From NCBI GenBank assembly GCA_028534125.1, contig CM052817.1, positions 6,946,001-7,010,000 on the forward strand: DNA of 64,000 nucleotides, given 5' to 3'. The DNA is from Lama glama (taxonomy: Eukaryota). The notes beneath the pieces are model-generated. The model was not told the DNA's origin and ran no database searches. It worked only from the letters and a program-made list of their open reading frames with translations. Below, piece by piece: positions 12,892-26,761 of this stretch; position 1 is the first letter of the stretch, and the number at the start of each line of letters is the position of its first letter. Position numbers and translations under genes: made by a program.

Positions 12892-13499
12892 GATATGAAT
12901 AATAATTCCTTGTAAGATTGCCTTGGTTCAATTCTTTGTGAATGCAGAATTATTCCAGATAATTTTTTCAGGGTGATTCAATAGAGAGGCACTGGCATTG
13001 TTATCTTCTGTAACACATGAAAATATGTTTTTGTTTCTCTTTTTTCCCCTTCCTCCGTCCCTCCCTCCTTTCCTTCCTTTATGTCTTCCTTCCTTCTGTT
13101 ACCAAAAAATCAGCCTCTGCACCCCAAAAAGAGAATTCAAACTCAGAAGCAAAGTTTTGGGAGCAAACAAAAGAGTAGATTCATGGCTTTGCTTGGCAAA
13201 GGGGGTCACAGGGTAGGCTCATGCCTTACAGACTGTGAGCCCATCTTAGGGTTGGGGTCTTGAGGTTTCATAGAAAAACTGGATGGAACAGAAAAGGTGG
13301 TGACAATCAGGGCGTTTTATAGGTTGCTGCATTCCTCTTAGCTTCAGGAGGAACTCCGGAGGGTCTGTCCATCCTTCTGAGATGATCAGCCTGTTACCTC
13401 CTCCCTGGAGCATGGCCTCTGGGTTAAAGTTATTCTCAGTAGAGAATAAACAGGCAAACAGTTTCACAGCAGGGAGGTCAGTTCGTTAGTTTCCTTTAT

Positions 13500-13640
13500 A
13501 CTTCACTTCCTGCCTGCCATCTGTCCTCTTTCCTTCACTCCTTCCTTCCATCCTTCCCTCCCCTCTTCCTTTCTTCCTCTCCCTTTCTCTCTTTCTGTCC
13601 ACTCTCTGGCCTCTCTCTCTCTCTCTCTCTTTCCTTTGTT
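13500..13640. repeat. CT-rich low-complexity tract
   Basis: Polypyrimidine with (CT)n. Confidence 0.85.
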
Positions 13641-14229
13641 CATTGGTTCATCCATTTGTTTATTGATTTGTTCACTTTTTAAGCTCTTCTCTCCCATATG
13701 CTCTGACTGAGAAGCCATAAATGAAAGCTCTTCCGTGGTAAACTATCAAGTGTAGAATACAAAGCAGAGCAGAGCAGAGTAGATGCAGAGGCAGGTTATT
13801 ATATTATAGGATGAACCTTGACACTAGACCTTCCTTTAAAGCAATGTTTCTCACCATGATCTGTGTGGAGCCTTTAAGTTATCTCCACTCATTCTCGATA
13901 TGCATGGATATTAATTTATAGGGGAGAACTTCACAAGTGAACTCCAAAGTCAGGAGGGAAAAAATAAAAATACTCTTATATTTGACAAGTAGAAATTTAA
14001 GAAATAGTGTGTCATAGAAATCATAATTAAACCGTTACACAGCAAAAAATTATTTATGTAACTTTTTAAAATGTCGAGAAACAAGTTACGCACATGCCAG
14101 AGAATTCTTAGAAGTGCAGGAAAGATGAACATCCAACAGAAAAATGAGCTAGTTAGTATTACACAGCTTATCCCAGAAGGAACAAAAAGAGAATGTTTAA
14201 CCCTCTCAGTCATGTAGCACATGTGTTTT

Positions 14230-15400
14230 TTTTATTAATTGTCTATGATGCGGCAGGAACGATCAAGGTGCTAGGGATAATGCAGAATTGAGAACCTAGA
14301 CAAGGTCGCAGGGATCTGTTTACAAAAGGGACACCGATAAAAATACAAGGTACGTTCAGATACCAGTTGGTGCTATTAACATGTCGACTGAAATAAACAC
14401 GCAGCCTAAAAGCTGAGAATTATGTTTTATTTGGCGGACATTTCTGAGGACGCGAACCCCTTCGAGCTGGGATGACAGCCTCCCAGGTCGCTCTGAGGGG
14501 CTGCTCCGAAGAGGTAGGGGAGGAGCCAGGATATATAGGAGCTTTACAACAAAGACCAGGTAGTTGGAACAATAAAAAGTTACTGGTTATCTAGAGAAAA
14601 CCAGGCATCTCACGGTAAAGAACTTGGTGCTTTTCTCTGTACGGGAGGAAGCCAACATTTGGGCTCATTGAACTCATTCCTTTGACAAACACCCAGCTAT
14701 CTAGGGCCAGTCTCCTGTCCTTTCTTATTCTGAGTCCCCTTAGAGGGCATCACTGTGAGTGGCTGCAGAGGCTGGGCTGCAGGCTTGTCCTCACTGGGGG
14801 GTGGCGGCAGCCACTGAGGACATGATGGTTTCGGCATTCTTTGTTTACTGATACGGTTGGCAGTATTTTTCATTCACAAATGCAACAAGGCAGGGTACTC
14901 TGGCAGCCGCTGGAATGGAGCAAGAGCCTCCTTGGTTCAGGTCCTCAAGGAAGACTCTGGGGTGGTGACATGTGAGCTGAGTCTGGAACCAGGAGAAGGG
15001 GCCAGTTGTGCAGCTGTTTCAGGAAGAGTGTTCAAAGCAGGGGAAGAGCAAGGTAACTCCTTAAGGAAAAGAAGAGAAGTGTGGATAAAGCTTGGACTGT
15101 GGGAGTGGGTGAAGCAGGGAGCTGCGGAAGAAGTTAATAAGCGGAGTATGAAATTAGATCAGGCAGGGAGGAAGGAACCCTAAGTAACAGGACCAATTAG
15201 ATTTTAACCCTAATAGTAAGAAGACCCTACTGAAGGATTTTAGGTGGGGAAGGTGATAGGCTGGATTCCCTTGATTAAGAGATCCCTTAGCTGCTCTGTG
15301 GAGTGGGAACTGGCAATGACAAGGACAGAAGCAAGGAAAAGAGACGTTAGAACTTTGGACCATGCAAGTGATGAGTGTGACGAAATAAAGCAATACCAAC
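14230..15400 (-). mobile_element. L2 3' region split by an LTR insertion
   Basis: ggtgctagggataatgcag...gtgacatgtgagctgagtctggaa...ctactgaaggattttagg. Confidence 0.65.
14382..14878 (-). mobile_element. ERV1-type solo LTR (same family as 6594-7049)
   Basis: Reverse complement starts TGTGAATGAAAAATACTGCCAACCGTATCAGTAAACA and ends CAGTCGACA; flanks AACA/AATG. Confidence 0.85.
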
Positions 15401-15559
15401 ATGTGTTCTATCTATGATATTGACAAAGATTAAAATAAATAATACAGGGAGTGTGAAAATGAACATTCACATATATGTGTGTGCATATTTATGCCTGCAC
15501 ATGTCTATATTTCTCTGTATACATACACACACTATTGTCATAGTTCAGACTTACTTAAC

Positions 15560-16020
15560 TACTACTTAGCAACATTCATCAAGTCCTACTAACTAGGTAT
15601 GTAGAATTGACCAGAAATTGAATCTCATCAAGACTTATCCTAGTAAAGTAATTGACTCGATTCCCAAAGATCTAATACCACAGCTTCACCTCAGAGCTAT
15701 TTATAACATGGAAAAGTGGGCGAAATAACCTTCAAGGGAAAATTGGTAAATAAATCATGCTTTGTTCATTTCATAGATTGATTACTCAGAAGTTATTAAA
15801 AATGGCATTGCAAACCTTCACTTAATGAAGTGAAGTAACATGTAGTGATCAATTTTGTTAATACACATGTCTATACATACTTATGAAATCATGGAATATT
15901 ATACACTAAAACATTAATTATTATAATTTACAAGTGTGAGATTATCACCTAATATCTGATATATTTGTATTTTGTTATACTTCCATCGTATGATAAAATT
16001 TTAACTTAAAACAGACAAGT
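15560..16020 (+). mobile_element. Old L1ME-type 3' fragment
   Basis: AT-rich, aattggtaaataaatcatg...attactcag...attaaaaatg. Confidence 0.5.
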
Positions 16021-16749
16021 AAAAGCACAAGCTGCATTTAATATTATGGTATTATATTACCAAAGCCAAAAAAAAATTAGAATATAAAGCCATGTGGCAC
16101 TGCCATCAAAACTGTTTTCATTTTATAGATATTATAAACTTTTATAAGGACCAGGCTTAATAAATAATGAGATTGTATCATTTAAAAAATTACTTAGATA
16201 AGGATGTTGCCTTCAGAGCTGAATAACCATCAGTGACTTTTGTGTATCACTCAGATCTCCCTAAGACTGGCCTATGTCGCCCCTTCCCCGTCCATCATTA
16301 TCTCTCAGTGCACATCTGACATGACAGTGCCCCTGAGCTTAACTTGTGCTTCCCGCAGAGGCCAGGCTGAGCAAGCCAGGGCTCCACGCTACTACCACCA
16401 GCTGGTGAACTCTGCTGCTTTATTTTAACTCAGTTCTAGGATTTCTTACTTCAGAAAGTTCTCTGATCCTACGAAGAGTCAGGTGTTTGTCCTCCAAGTT
16501 CTCATAGTCCCCGTATGACACGTCCATCCCCTCTGTTAGACCGTGAACTCCTAGCAGGAGGGAAGGTCCCAACTGAATCACCTGTTTCCTTGGTGCCTGG
16601 TTCAGGCTGCAGACACAACAGGTACTAAACATATGTTGAGTGAGGTGTCACCATAGTCATACACAAACACACACATATACATATATGCATGTATGTGATA
16701 TTATTCTAAGAATGAGTAATTCATATATTACCCTTTAAAAACAAATGAA

Positions 16750-17690
16750 TCAAAAAATACTCAATAGCATTAGGGAGTTGCACACTAAAATAATGAGATG
16801 CCAGTATACTTCTCCAAGAATGGTTAATCCATAATAAACAAAAACCTGACGATACCAAATGTTGGTGAGAATGTGGAGCAACAGGAACCCTCATTCCTTG
16901 CTGGCAGGAATAGAAAATGGTACACTGCTGTAGAGGACAGTCGGGCAGTTCCCTACAACGCTCAGCATACTCCTTCTATACAATCCAGGAATTGCATTCC
17001 TTCACGTTTATCCAAATGCGTTAAAAATTGGGTGTCCACATAAGCACTGCACTCAAATACTTATATATCACCTTTATTCATAATTTCCAAAATCTGTAAG
17101 CAGCCAAGATATACTTCAAAAGAAGAATAGACAAACAGTGGCACATTCATACACTGAAGTAATTTCTCAGCAATAAAAAAGAAATGAGCTATCAAGCCAT
17201 GAAAAGACATGGAGGGAACTTGAATGCACATGACTTAGTCAGAGAAGCCAGTCTAGACAGGCTTCACACTATAGGATCCCAGTTACATGACATTCCGAAA
17301 AAGGCAAACTCTATAAACAGCAGCAGGGTTAGAAGTTGCCAGGAATTTGGGGTAGGGGAGGAGGAATGAATAGATGGAGCGCAGTGGAATTTTAGGGCAG
17401 TGAACTATTCTATATGATACTGTAATGGTAAATATGTGACACTGTACATTTGTCCAAACCCACAGAGCTGAACAAAGTTTGAACCCTACTGTAGTCTATG
17501 AACTCTAGTTAATAATGATGTACCAGCATTGGTTCATCATTTCTAACATAAGGACCACACTGATGCAAGATGCTGACAGTAGAGGAAACATGGGCGGGAG
17601 GGGAGGGAGTGTATGAGAATTCTTTGCACTATCTGCTCAATTCTGCAAATCTAAAACTGCTTTAAAAAAAGTCTATTAATTAAAAGAAAA
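16750..17690 (+). mobile_element. L1MC-type 3' end
   Basis: accaaatgttggtgagaatgtggagcaacaggaac...gagctatcaagccatgaaaagacatggagg...ctaaaactgctttaaaaaaaagtctatt. Confidence 0.85.
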
Positions 17691-17879
17691 TTGTTGAATT
17701 GATCGTTTAACTGAGGTTTGTTCTAAAGCTTTCTCAGCCTTGCCATTCATTCAAATAGAAACCTGAGTGATACATTAATTCCCTACAGGATTAGGCCCGA
17801 GGCGCTCCCTACATCGCCTGCACTGGAGTGCTCTGTAGCCTCAGAAATTACATGTGTGGGACAGACTATGTGCAATTAG

Positions 17880-18400
17880 GTGCTTAACAGTCGGAGTCTA
17901 TTGCTCCTTTGTGTAAATCCCTCCAGCGGTTGCTCATTGCACTTAGAATAAAACCCAGCTCACGGGGTCTGGCAGGAGCTGGCCACCTGCCACTCTTCCA
18001 TTGCTCATGCGCTGCAGCTACATTCACCTTTCTGTTTGTCTTCCCCTCCAAGTTCATGCAAACCTCACACGTGCTATTTCTACTTTTTAAAAACATCTTT
18101 CATCACCCTACTGGCTCCTTTTCAGAGTCATTATGAATATGAACAGGAAAGGCAACCTTTCTTTGCAACCCTACAAAAAGCTACTGAGTCACTGCGGTCG
18201 CTCTCTCCAAAGCTATCTTGCATTTTCTTCACTGTGCATATTTTCGGTCAAACATTTTTCATGTATATCAGAAGCTCACCACTGAAAGGTAAGCACACTC
18301 AAAAGCAGGGATCTGGCTTATCTTTTCAGCACTGCTCACCCAATGCCTAGCACACCGTCTATCCTGTAAGGGGTACTCCATACTTAATTGTTGAGTGAAA
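17880..18400 (+). mobile_element. L2 3' end
   Basis: ccctccagcggttgctcattgcacttagaataaaaccc...tgcctagcaca...ttgttgagtgaa. Confidence 0.7.
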
Positions 18401-18419
18401 AATGGAGCAATATATGAAA

Positions 18420-18620
18420 ATGAAGTTAAGGTCACGGAGCACAGAAGTCTGCTCAGGAATCCAGAATGAATTTGCAGTTTGACCACACACAACTTAAGAA
18501 GCCCGTGCAGCAAAATTTACCTCCCAAAGCCTTAGCTTCCTCTGGAATAAAATGAGACTTCCAGACTACATGAGATCTAAAGTCTCTTTTTAGCTCTGAA
18601 ATCCTACATTCTTTATGGTT
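18420..18620 (+). mobile_element. MIR fragment
   Basis: ccttagcttcctctggaataaaatgag...agctctgaaatcct. Confidence 0.55.
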
Positions 18621-19608
18621 CAAAATGATGGTGCTCTCACTAGAGAGCCGCTAATTCAACATATTCTACAAGCTGTGCACTTTCTGAGATGATATATGTC
18701 AGTCCAGTGCACTGGAACCGCCTTTCAGAGTGACATTGTCACACATCTGGTCAAATAAATTAATGTTCCCATCTGGATTGATGCTTTTGGCAGGAACACT
18801 GAGTACTAATGCCACGTGACCCCTCCTTCATAAAACAGAAAGTGTGTTATAATTTTGCACCATCAGGCAGTGAAATCACTGGCTTTCCATCTTCCTGTTT
18901 TTCCGTGGCGAGTCATCCATTGACCTCCACCCGGCAGACCACCACGTGGTAGGAGAGGATACGAAGTCTCGTGTGTCTTCACGGGGCTGCGTGTGCCCTT
19001 TGCTCTTCCCTGTTTCTGTGGATCCGTAATTATTTTAGGTCAACTGCGTTTCAATATTACAAAAAAAAAAAAAATAGTGTCTATGGTTTGAAACCCCAGT
19101 GGCTATTGTTACTGGAAGGAGACCAGATCTGGAGGAGACCCCCCGTAATTTCAAGTCGTTGGTGTTCCAGGAAAAGGCAGTGCTGTTTGCTGGGGGTGCG
19201 TGCAGAGTTTTCAACAGGAGGATTACGGACTCATTTTTCCTTCCCTCAAAGGCAAGTTCAGCTGGTGATGAGATGACAGCCGATTGTATCTGTCAATCTC
19301 CCGTCTTGTATGTACCTGCTTCTTGCTTCAGATATCAGCTTAATTGATCATATTGGACTTGAGCCAGCCTGTAAAACACTGTCACATCTCGAGGATTTTA
19401 CCCTTTACTCTCTTGCTGGAGGTAAAACAGTTTGTGGCAGATGAGTCACTGGTAGCAATGTAATGGGTGCTTTATAACAACAGTGCCGTCTGCCAAAAAG
19501 CCCTGGAAAGCCCACACTCCGGAGTGATAAATGACATTTGATCTCAAGGCTGTGAGATCATCCTGTTCTCTCTTAACCAGAGCCTAGCATGGAAAATGTT
19601 CATGCTTT

Positions 19609-19611
19609 AAA

Positions 19612-19642
<31 letters not shown>

Positions 19643-19643
19643 A
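19609..19643. repeat. An(GA)n simple repeat
   Basis: Direct. Confidence 0.9.
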
Positions 19644-21149
19644 GATGGAATTGAAGAAAAAAGATTAGCTATTAACCCAAGTCAATTTAAATGCCAAAGG
19701 AATCATTTATATTTCCCAAATAGATAAGAGAAAAGAAATTCCTGCTGGGAGAGAAACAATATATTTTAAAATGCCTGACACATATATTTACTTGGTAATC
19801 GTTAGTTTTCTTCTTTATTGCAAAAAAAAAATAAGAAACTTTATATTCTATTTGCTTAACTCCAAGAGCAGCAGTGCTTTCGAGAATTTTCTATGTGTAT
19901 AACACCTGGGAGAAACTAGCGTGAGTGAAGCCCTGTCTCTCACTCACTTTGTAGAGCCTTCGCTCCACTGAGGGAGGCACAAATGTGACCATGTTTGAAG
20001 GTTAAATGAAAGAAGTTCCAAACAGAGTTTTGGCCAGGCAAAGGCTAAAAGCTGGGGTGTGTGTGATTAATTTGCATCCGAGCACTGGAAGGGACCATAG
20101 AACAGAGATTATTTGAGCTGCACTTTGCAGAACGCTTAGATCATAAGGCACAGAAAGTCTGAGAAAACATAAGTCAAGACTTGATGGTGGAAGAAAGCAG
20201 ATTATTATATTTAAGGCACCTGGAATAGACTTCATTCATTTCTTTGGCTTGAAAGTTAACCTGTTATTCATATTCAAGCCACAGCCGTCTTCCTGAACAC
20301 TCACTCTGACAAGCGCCGAGGGCACATAGAGGAAGGTGTTAATGGCCTCTGTTCTCACAAACCGTACCGTGTAAGGCAGGAGACAGACGGATAAGCAGGA
20401 ATTCATCATGTAGCTTGGAAAAGGTCTTGGTTATACGGAGGACTCCATGGAACCGTAAGACAAGCATTTCTAGATTGGTGTGGGGGCTCTGAAAAAAGGT
20501 CATCTCAAATATGGCCATGTTTGCATTCTATTTTGGAGGACGGGCACTGTTAACTAGGTAAAGATGGAGAGGAGGGTGGGCAATTCCAAAAACCTTGAGT
20601 TGAGAGGTATAAAGTGCAGAAGAGCTCATGATGTAGAGAAATAAAGGCAAGTATTTTTTTTCATTTTTCAGTTTTATTAGGTAGAATTGTTACCATTTGA
20701 GTGCACATGTACAATATATTGCATGTAAATACATATACACAATATATTGCACATATTTTTAATTTACATATATGTACTGTTCATTGTTTCTAAGAATGTT
20801 CAGAGCTTTAGCTTTTTAAACATACATAGTTAGCAAAGGAATAAAGACAACCACAAAATAAGAATTCCAAAAGATACATACATTCCATTATTAACAGCAA
20901 CATTATTTATAATTGCAAAGGCAACTATTTTTTATTATGCCCCAAGGAAGTGGTGAACAGAAACGACTGGAGATGAGACTGGGGACTTAGGCAAAGGCCA
21001 GATTACAAACGACATGTGTGTTGACCACATGGGCTTGAATTTGATCTTATAGGTCCAGAGGAGTTGTTATTTCTAACTGGTAAGTAACATGAAGAGAATT
21101 TGGTTTGGGAAAGATTTTTTTTTAGCAGGCAGACACAGACATCATTAGG

Positions 21150-21745
21150 TTCTCTTTTATTGAGATATAATTCACGTATCATAACATTTATCCTTTTAAA
21201 GTACACGATTCAGTGGGTTCTAGTATATCCACAAGAATGTTCAACCATCACTGATATCACTGATTTCAGGATGTTTTCATCACAACAAAAATAATTCTCA
21301 TACTCATTTGCAGTCATTCTCCATCCCCCTTCTTCCTAGCCTCTGGCAACCTCTAATCTAATTTCTATCTACAAATTTACCTGTTCTGGACATTTCATAT
21401 AAGTGGGATCATGCAGCATGTGACGTTTTGTGTCTGCCTTTTTTCACTTGGCATCATATTCTCAATGTTCATCCGTGTTGTAGCGTGTGTCAGTAATGCT
21501 TTCATTTTTCATGGCTAGATAGTATTCCATTGTGTGGCTACATCACACGGTGCTTATGAGTTATCAGTCAATTGGTTGATGAATATTTCCACTTGTTTCC
21601 ACTTTTTGGCTATGAATATTGGTTCTGTGAATATTTCTGAGCATGTCTTTGTGTAAATAAATGTTTTCAATTTTTGTTGGGTGTATACCTAAAAGTGGAA
21701 TTGCTAGGTTATACGGTGATGTTATGTTTAATTTTTATATGACCT
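21150..21745 (-). mobile_element. L1MB-type 3' end
   Basis: tttattgagatataattcac...ctctggcaacc...ggacatttcatataagtgg...agtggaattgctagg. Confidence 0.85.
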
Positions 21746-22983
21746 GCTGCTGAGTGGGGGCACACATATTCTTTAATTGTTCTATTGAGCATTTGCACCT
21801 CAAGGTAGAACATTATATTTACCCCAGTATTAAAGAAATTCCCTCATCGCAGCACTAGCCCACTATTCTGCTTAGCACTTGTAATTACCTAAACTTCTCA
21901 TACTTGTTTATGTCTGCACTTGTTTTCTTCGACTAGAATGTAAAATTCTGAAGGATGTTACTGTTTATTAATACTATAATTATTATTATTAATCAACACT
22001 ATATTAAGAGCATCTGTTTTGGTGCTTGACACACAACACATAATAAGAACTTGTTGAATGAAAACCTTAAACACTGTTACTGTTCATTTGATTAGTTTTA
22101 CCACATTGTTTTATCCATTACATATAATTAAAAATTGTGATTTGTTATCCAAAATATCAGCACTTTATCAGCACAGATCTCCTATTAAAAGACATGGATA
22201 AATCAAACTTTTAATCTTGATTTCCTTTCTTTGTCCACCTGGGTGAAATTTCTAATGACTTGGAAAAGCAAAAGTCAGACTCACAGAGGGAGAGGAGGTG
22301 GTGGAGGACTGAATAATTCACAGTGTGGATATTCAGTGCCTGAATAATGTAGGGTGACTTGTGCAAAGTCAAAGGAAAGGAAAAAGAGTTATTTATAATA
22401 ATCATTTCTTTGAATGGGTTTATTTTAGGCATTCCCTGGAGGTCAGCTGACAGTCTGGAGTTCGTGGAGATCAGGGGACATAATTCTTAGCAGGTCGAGA
22501 GGCATGGTCGCCAACTGCAGAGTTCTGCACCTCGCTGGGGCTCCCATATGGCTGAGAGACAGATCATGACACAGGCATTTACTCTGCAACCAGAAGCAGT
22601 GTTTCCATTCCCAGAGTCTGGTTGTTTCCGTGAAAGAAAGTTACCACTTTAAAAGTCTAAAAGAACTCAGAAATGAAGGGATGACTCGAGTCCTGAAGCC
22701 TGATGTCTTCTTTGTCTTTCCTACTAATGCTATGATATTTACAACTCTGTGCTGTAATTGTCTGTTGACATACAGCTCACCTCCAATACATTACTGGTCT
22801 GTATTACTTAAAAAAAAAAAAAGAAAAAAAACTTTTGGCTAATATCCTATTTTGGTTTAACTGAAAGTATATTAACTAAGTCAATAAGGAAGGTGGGGCA
22901 CGCATCTGCCTAGCCAGACCTATTCAAGTGTACAACTTCTACTTCGTGTTCAACCAGTGTTTGCTGACATAGGGTAAGAAGCT

Positions 22984-23021
22984 GAGTTAAACTGGACATT
23001 TAGAGTTAAACTGGACATTTA
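22984..23021. repeat. 19-bp tandem duplication
   Basis: gagttaaactggacattta x2. Confidence 0.9.
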
Positions 23022-25929
23022 ACTACTGGGAAAAGCAAGGGGAGATCATTTTGTTTAAAAAAAAAAGAAAGAAAACAATAGCTTTCAAGAGATTCAGAAT
23101 CCAAAGGCAAGTTCTCTCATTTGACCTTCGTTTGGCCAATGTGTACTGTGTCTATGATACGCATGAAGGTATCCAATGAGGATACCTGCCCAAGGGAATG
23201 AGAGTTAAACAGCAACATCTCAGCAAGGGAGTGAACAGAGAGCTTCACTTTCTGCAGCCGAAGCCTTATGGAGCAAAAGAAGTTGTAACGCAAGTAACTA
23301 TAGTTGGAATGAAAGCAGTGGGGGAGTTCCTTTTTGGTGGCATCCGCCGTGAAAAGGAAGTGTCACCCCAAAGCAGCTTATTAAGAAAGAAGACCTTGGG
23401 TAGCAGGCAGTTGCATTGAGTGGGTATTTTTCTGGGGAGGCGGGGATGAGAGCAAAACTTGGAGAAATCCCTGTACTTCAGCAAGAATGTTAAATAATGC
23501 ACAAGAAAGCAAATAACAAAAGCTGGGGGAAAACAAGGGCTGACGACTTTCTCTCTAAGCACAAGGCTTGGGAAGCAGATAAAACGGTTTCTTAATAAAT
23601 AAGAGCAGAGGCATTTTCATTATGTGAACATGGGTATGTTTCCTGGGAGCCTTAATAGAAACAGTGATATTATAGCAAGGCTACGGTGTGCCTCTGTGTG
23701 TGTAGTATTTATCTGCAGTGTTTCCTTCTAAAAGGAAAGGAAGGATGAACAGATGCATCGGGCTCAGAGGAGGGGGAAGACGGCTGCTGAGGCCGGGCTC
23801 CAAGTCTGAGCTCTTAGGCAGGGTCTTCGCTCAGGACACTCTGGCTGCAGGGAAGGAAAATAAGGGTTTCTAGATTTGAGGAGAAGAAGTGGAGAAGTCC
23901 AATGTTAAATGTCTCAGAGGTCATAGCATCTACCTTTTGTAGAAAAGCATGTCCGATTTGTCTCAGATGTACACATTATTGATACGGCAACTCGGATATT
24001 GATATCCTGAGGAGCCCTGATTCAGATGCGTTTACTTACTCAGGAGACACTTGCTGAGTATTTACTATGCCTTTGGAACTTTTCTAGGCGCAGCAAATAC
24101 GGTAAAGAAAGCCAAGTCCCTGCCATCATGGATTGACATCCTCATTCCGAAGAGAGAACGATAAACAAAGGGGCAAATGCATCTAAATCAAACACTCAGA
24201 TAGCTACAGTTGCTAAAAAAACACGAGGCACTGTTTTAGATAGGAGCTGGCAGAGTCCTTTTCTGCTCCACTATCATCAAAGACATGCTCTTTTTCTCAA
24301 AATGTGTTTACCAGCTGGTTTCAAAATAATGTTCTGAGCAGAGAAACCCTGAATGAAGCAATCGGTATCTCCAGCATCAATCATTCCATGATAGACATGG
24401 GGCAATAGTGCTACATTTTTAAAATTAAAAAAAAATTCAATTTGTTTAGTGTCCCCACTACCCAATGATGAAAAGAAATTCAAGATCAGACATGTTTAGG
24501 GCCTTCTCCCCATCCCTGGACTTACAGGGTCCAGGAAAAAGAAGACGATCACGGCTTGTGCCATAATAATACATTTCTTAAGGCTCCAGACATCTCCAAA
24601 TCCCTTATTTATAGCTTGACCAGAGGGGCCTCCACTTGGGTTCTCATTGTCTTAATGCTGGGGCCCAGTGTCCTGAATCACCCAGCAGTCATGTCGGCCT
24701 AGTCTGGATCTACGGTGTTTGACTGCAGTTTGCTCGCTGTGGTCCCTCAGAAACTCCCCCGGCATTCCTATATTTGAGCAAGTCCACCTTTAAAACTGCA
24801 TGCATCTTTCTGAGACAACACAGCCTCATGCCAAAAGCGCTACATGTTCAGAACATAAGATTACCCCAACAACATGCAAATTCCTACTCTGAAATAAAAA
24901 ACTAAAAATTAAAAAAAAAATTGGGGAGGGAGGCTGAACAAATAAAGGAAGGTTTCTCCCTTTGCTGGTAAGACTAGGTAGTGGATGGAGAAAAAGTGTC
25001 ACCCCTGGCCAATGTGCAGCAGCCCTTCCGTTAGGGGCCAACACTTATATTTAAGTTAATTTATACTTCGATAGTGCAACTTATTACAGAAAGAATATAT
25101 TACTTTCATAATTCAAAGTAAATTTAATAAAGCTGAGAGAAGCAAGATAGTCCTTAAAAAATCAATCTAATGCTATATTATATTAACACTGGTTTTAAAA
25201 AGGATGGCATGAGGAAAGATGTAAATAGGGCTCTAGCTTTCTCTAAATAAATAATGATCGTAAATTAGAAAATAATAGAATGGTCTGTTCGAGGTGAAGT
25301 AGAAGGGGATTTAGCTTGGTTCCCCTTTTTTTGGCAGGGAAAAAATATATCTCTTCAGAAAAAGATGAGCATGTAATTTCAAAGAGAAAAAGGGAAAATA
25401 AATCATTTGAAACACGGTGCCCATTGCTTCGGTAAAGCTACTGCACTTTTAGAACCTTTTCCTAAGGCGGTAATTTAGCGGTACTACAAAGATGAATGTA
25501 CAAGGATATTCATCTCAGTTTTGTTAATCAAAGCAATGGAAACAAGCTAAATGTGCCTCCATATTGGATAGGTTGTATAAATGATGGTTATTCAACTAAT
25601 GGAATACTCTGCAGCTTGTACAAAACTTGATGCATATTTGGTTTTTACATTGACTTGGAAAGAAGCCCATAACCTATTTTTGAGTGGAAGAGCAATGGTA
25701 TAATCTTTTTTACATAAAATGATCTGTGTATGTAAGAGGAGAAAAAAAAAAGAGTCAGAGGAACAAGAGCCAGTTCCAGGAAGAGAAATCAAACAGATTC
25801 TGGAAGAGAACACTTGTGTTTGATGTCCCACGTGTATTACCTATGATTTTGTGGCTTTGAAGAAGTTTCTGCTGTTCATAGTTACTGCTTGTGTATCTGC
25901 CAAGATGGTAATATTTTCCTTATAACATT

Positions 25930-26097
25930 ATGGGCCAAATTGTACTGCCGTCCTCTCAAAAGCATTTGTTGAATCCCCAAGCCTCCACTGTGATGGTATT
26001 TGGAAGTGGGGCCTTTGGGAGACAATTAGTTTTAGATGAGCTTATGAGGGTGAAGCCCTTATGATGGAATTATTATTCTTATAAAAGAGCCACCAGA
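25930..26097 (+). mobile_element. MLT1A/MST-like MaLR LTR 5' fragment
   Basis: tgtgatggtatttggaagtggggcctttgggag...cttataaaagag. Confidence 0.75.
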
Positions 26098-26318
26098 TGG
26101 GAATGCAAATTGGTGCAACCACTGTGGACAACAATACGCAGGTTCCTTCAAAAGCATACCATATGATCCAACAATCCCACTCCTGGGTATACATCCAGAG
26201 AGAACTCTAACTTGAAAAGACATATGCACCCCACTGTTCATAGCAGCACTATTACAATAGCCAAGACATGAAAGCAACCTAAGTGTCCACTGACAGATGA
26301 TTGGGTAAAGAAGATGTG

Positions 26319-26361
<43 letters not shown>

Positions 26362-26760
26362 CACGCAATGGAATACTACTTAACCATGAAAAAGAAGGAA
26401 ACAATGCCATTTGTGGCAAAATGGATGGACCTAGAGATTATCATACTAAATGAAGTCAGAGAAAGAGAAATATCATATGATATTACTTATATGTGGGATC
26501 TAGAAAAATGATACAAATAAACTTATTTACAAAACAGAAGTAGACTCACAGACATAGAAAACAAACTTAAGGTTACCAAAGGGGAAAAGGGGGAATGAAT
26601 TAGGAGTTTGGGATTAACCAATACAAACAATTATACATAAAATAGATAAACAACAAGGTCCTACTGTAGAGCACAGGAAACTGTATCATTATCTTATAAT
26701 AACCTATAATGGAAAAGAATCTGAAAAAGAATACATATGTCTATAAGATATATATATCTT
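26098..26760 (+). mobile_element. L1 ORF2 C-terminus and 3' UTR, truncated before polyA
   Basis: gggaatgcaaattggtgcaaccact...MPFVAKWMDLEIIILNEV...aacaacaaggtcctactgt; contains (TA)n at 26322-26355. Confidence 0.9.
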
Positions 26761-26761
26761 A

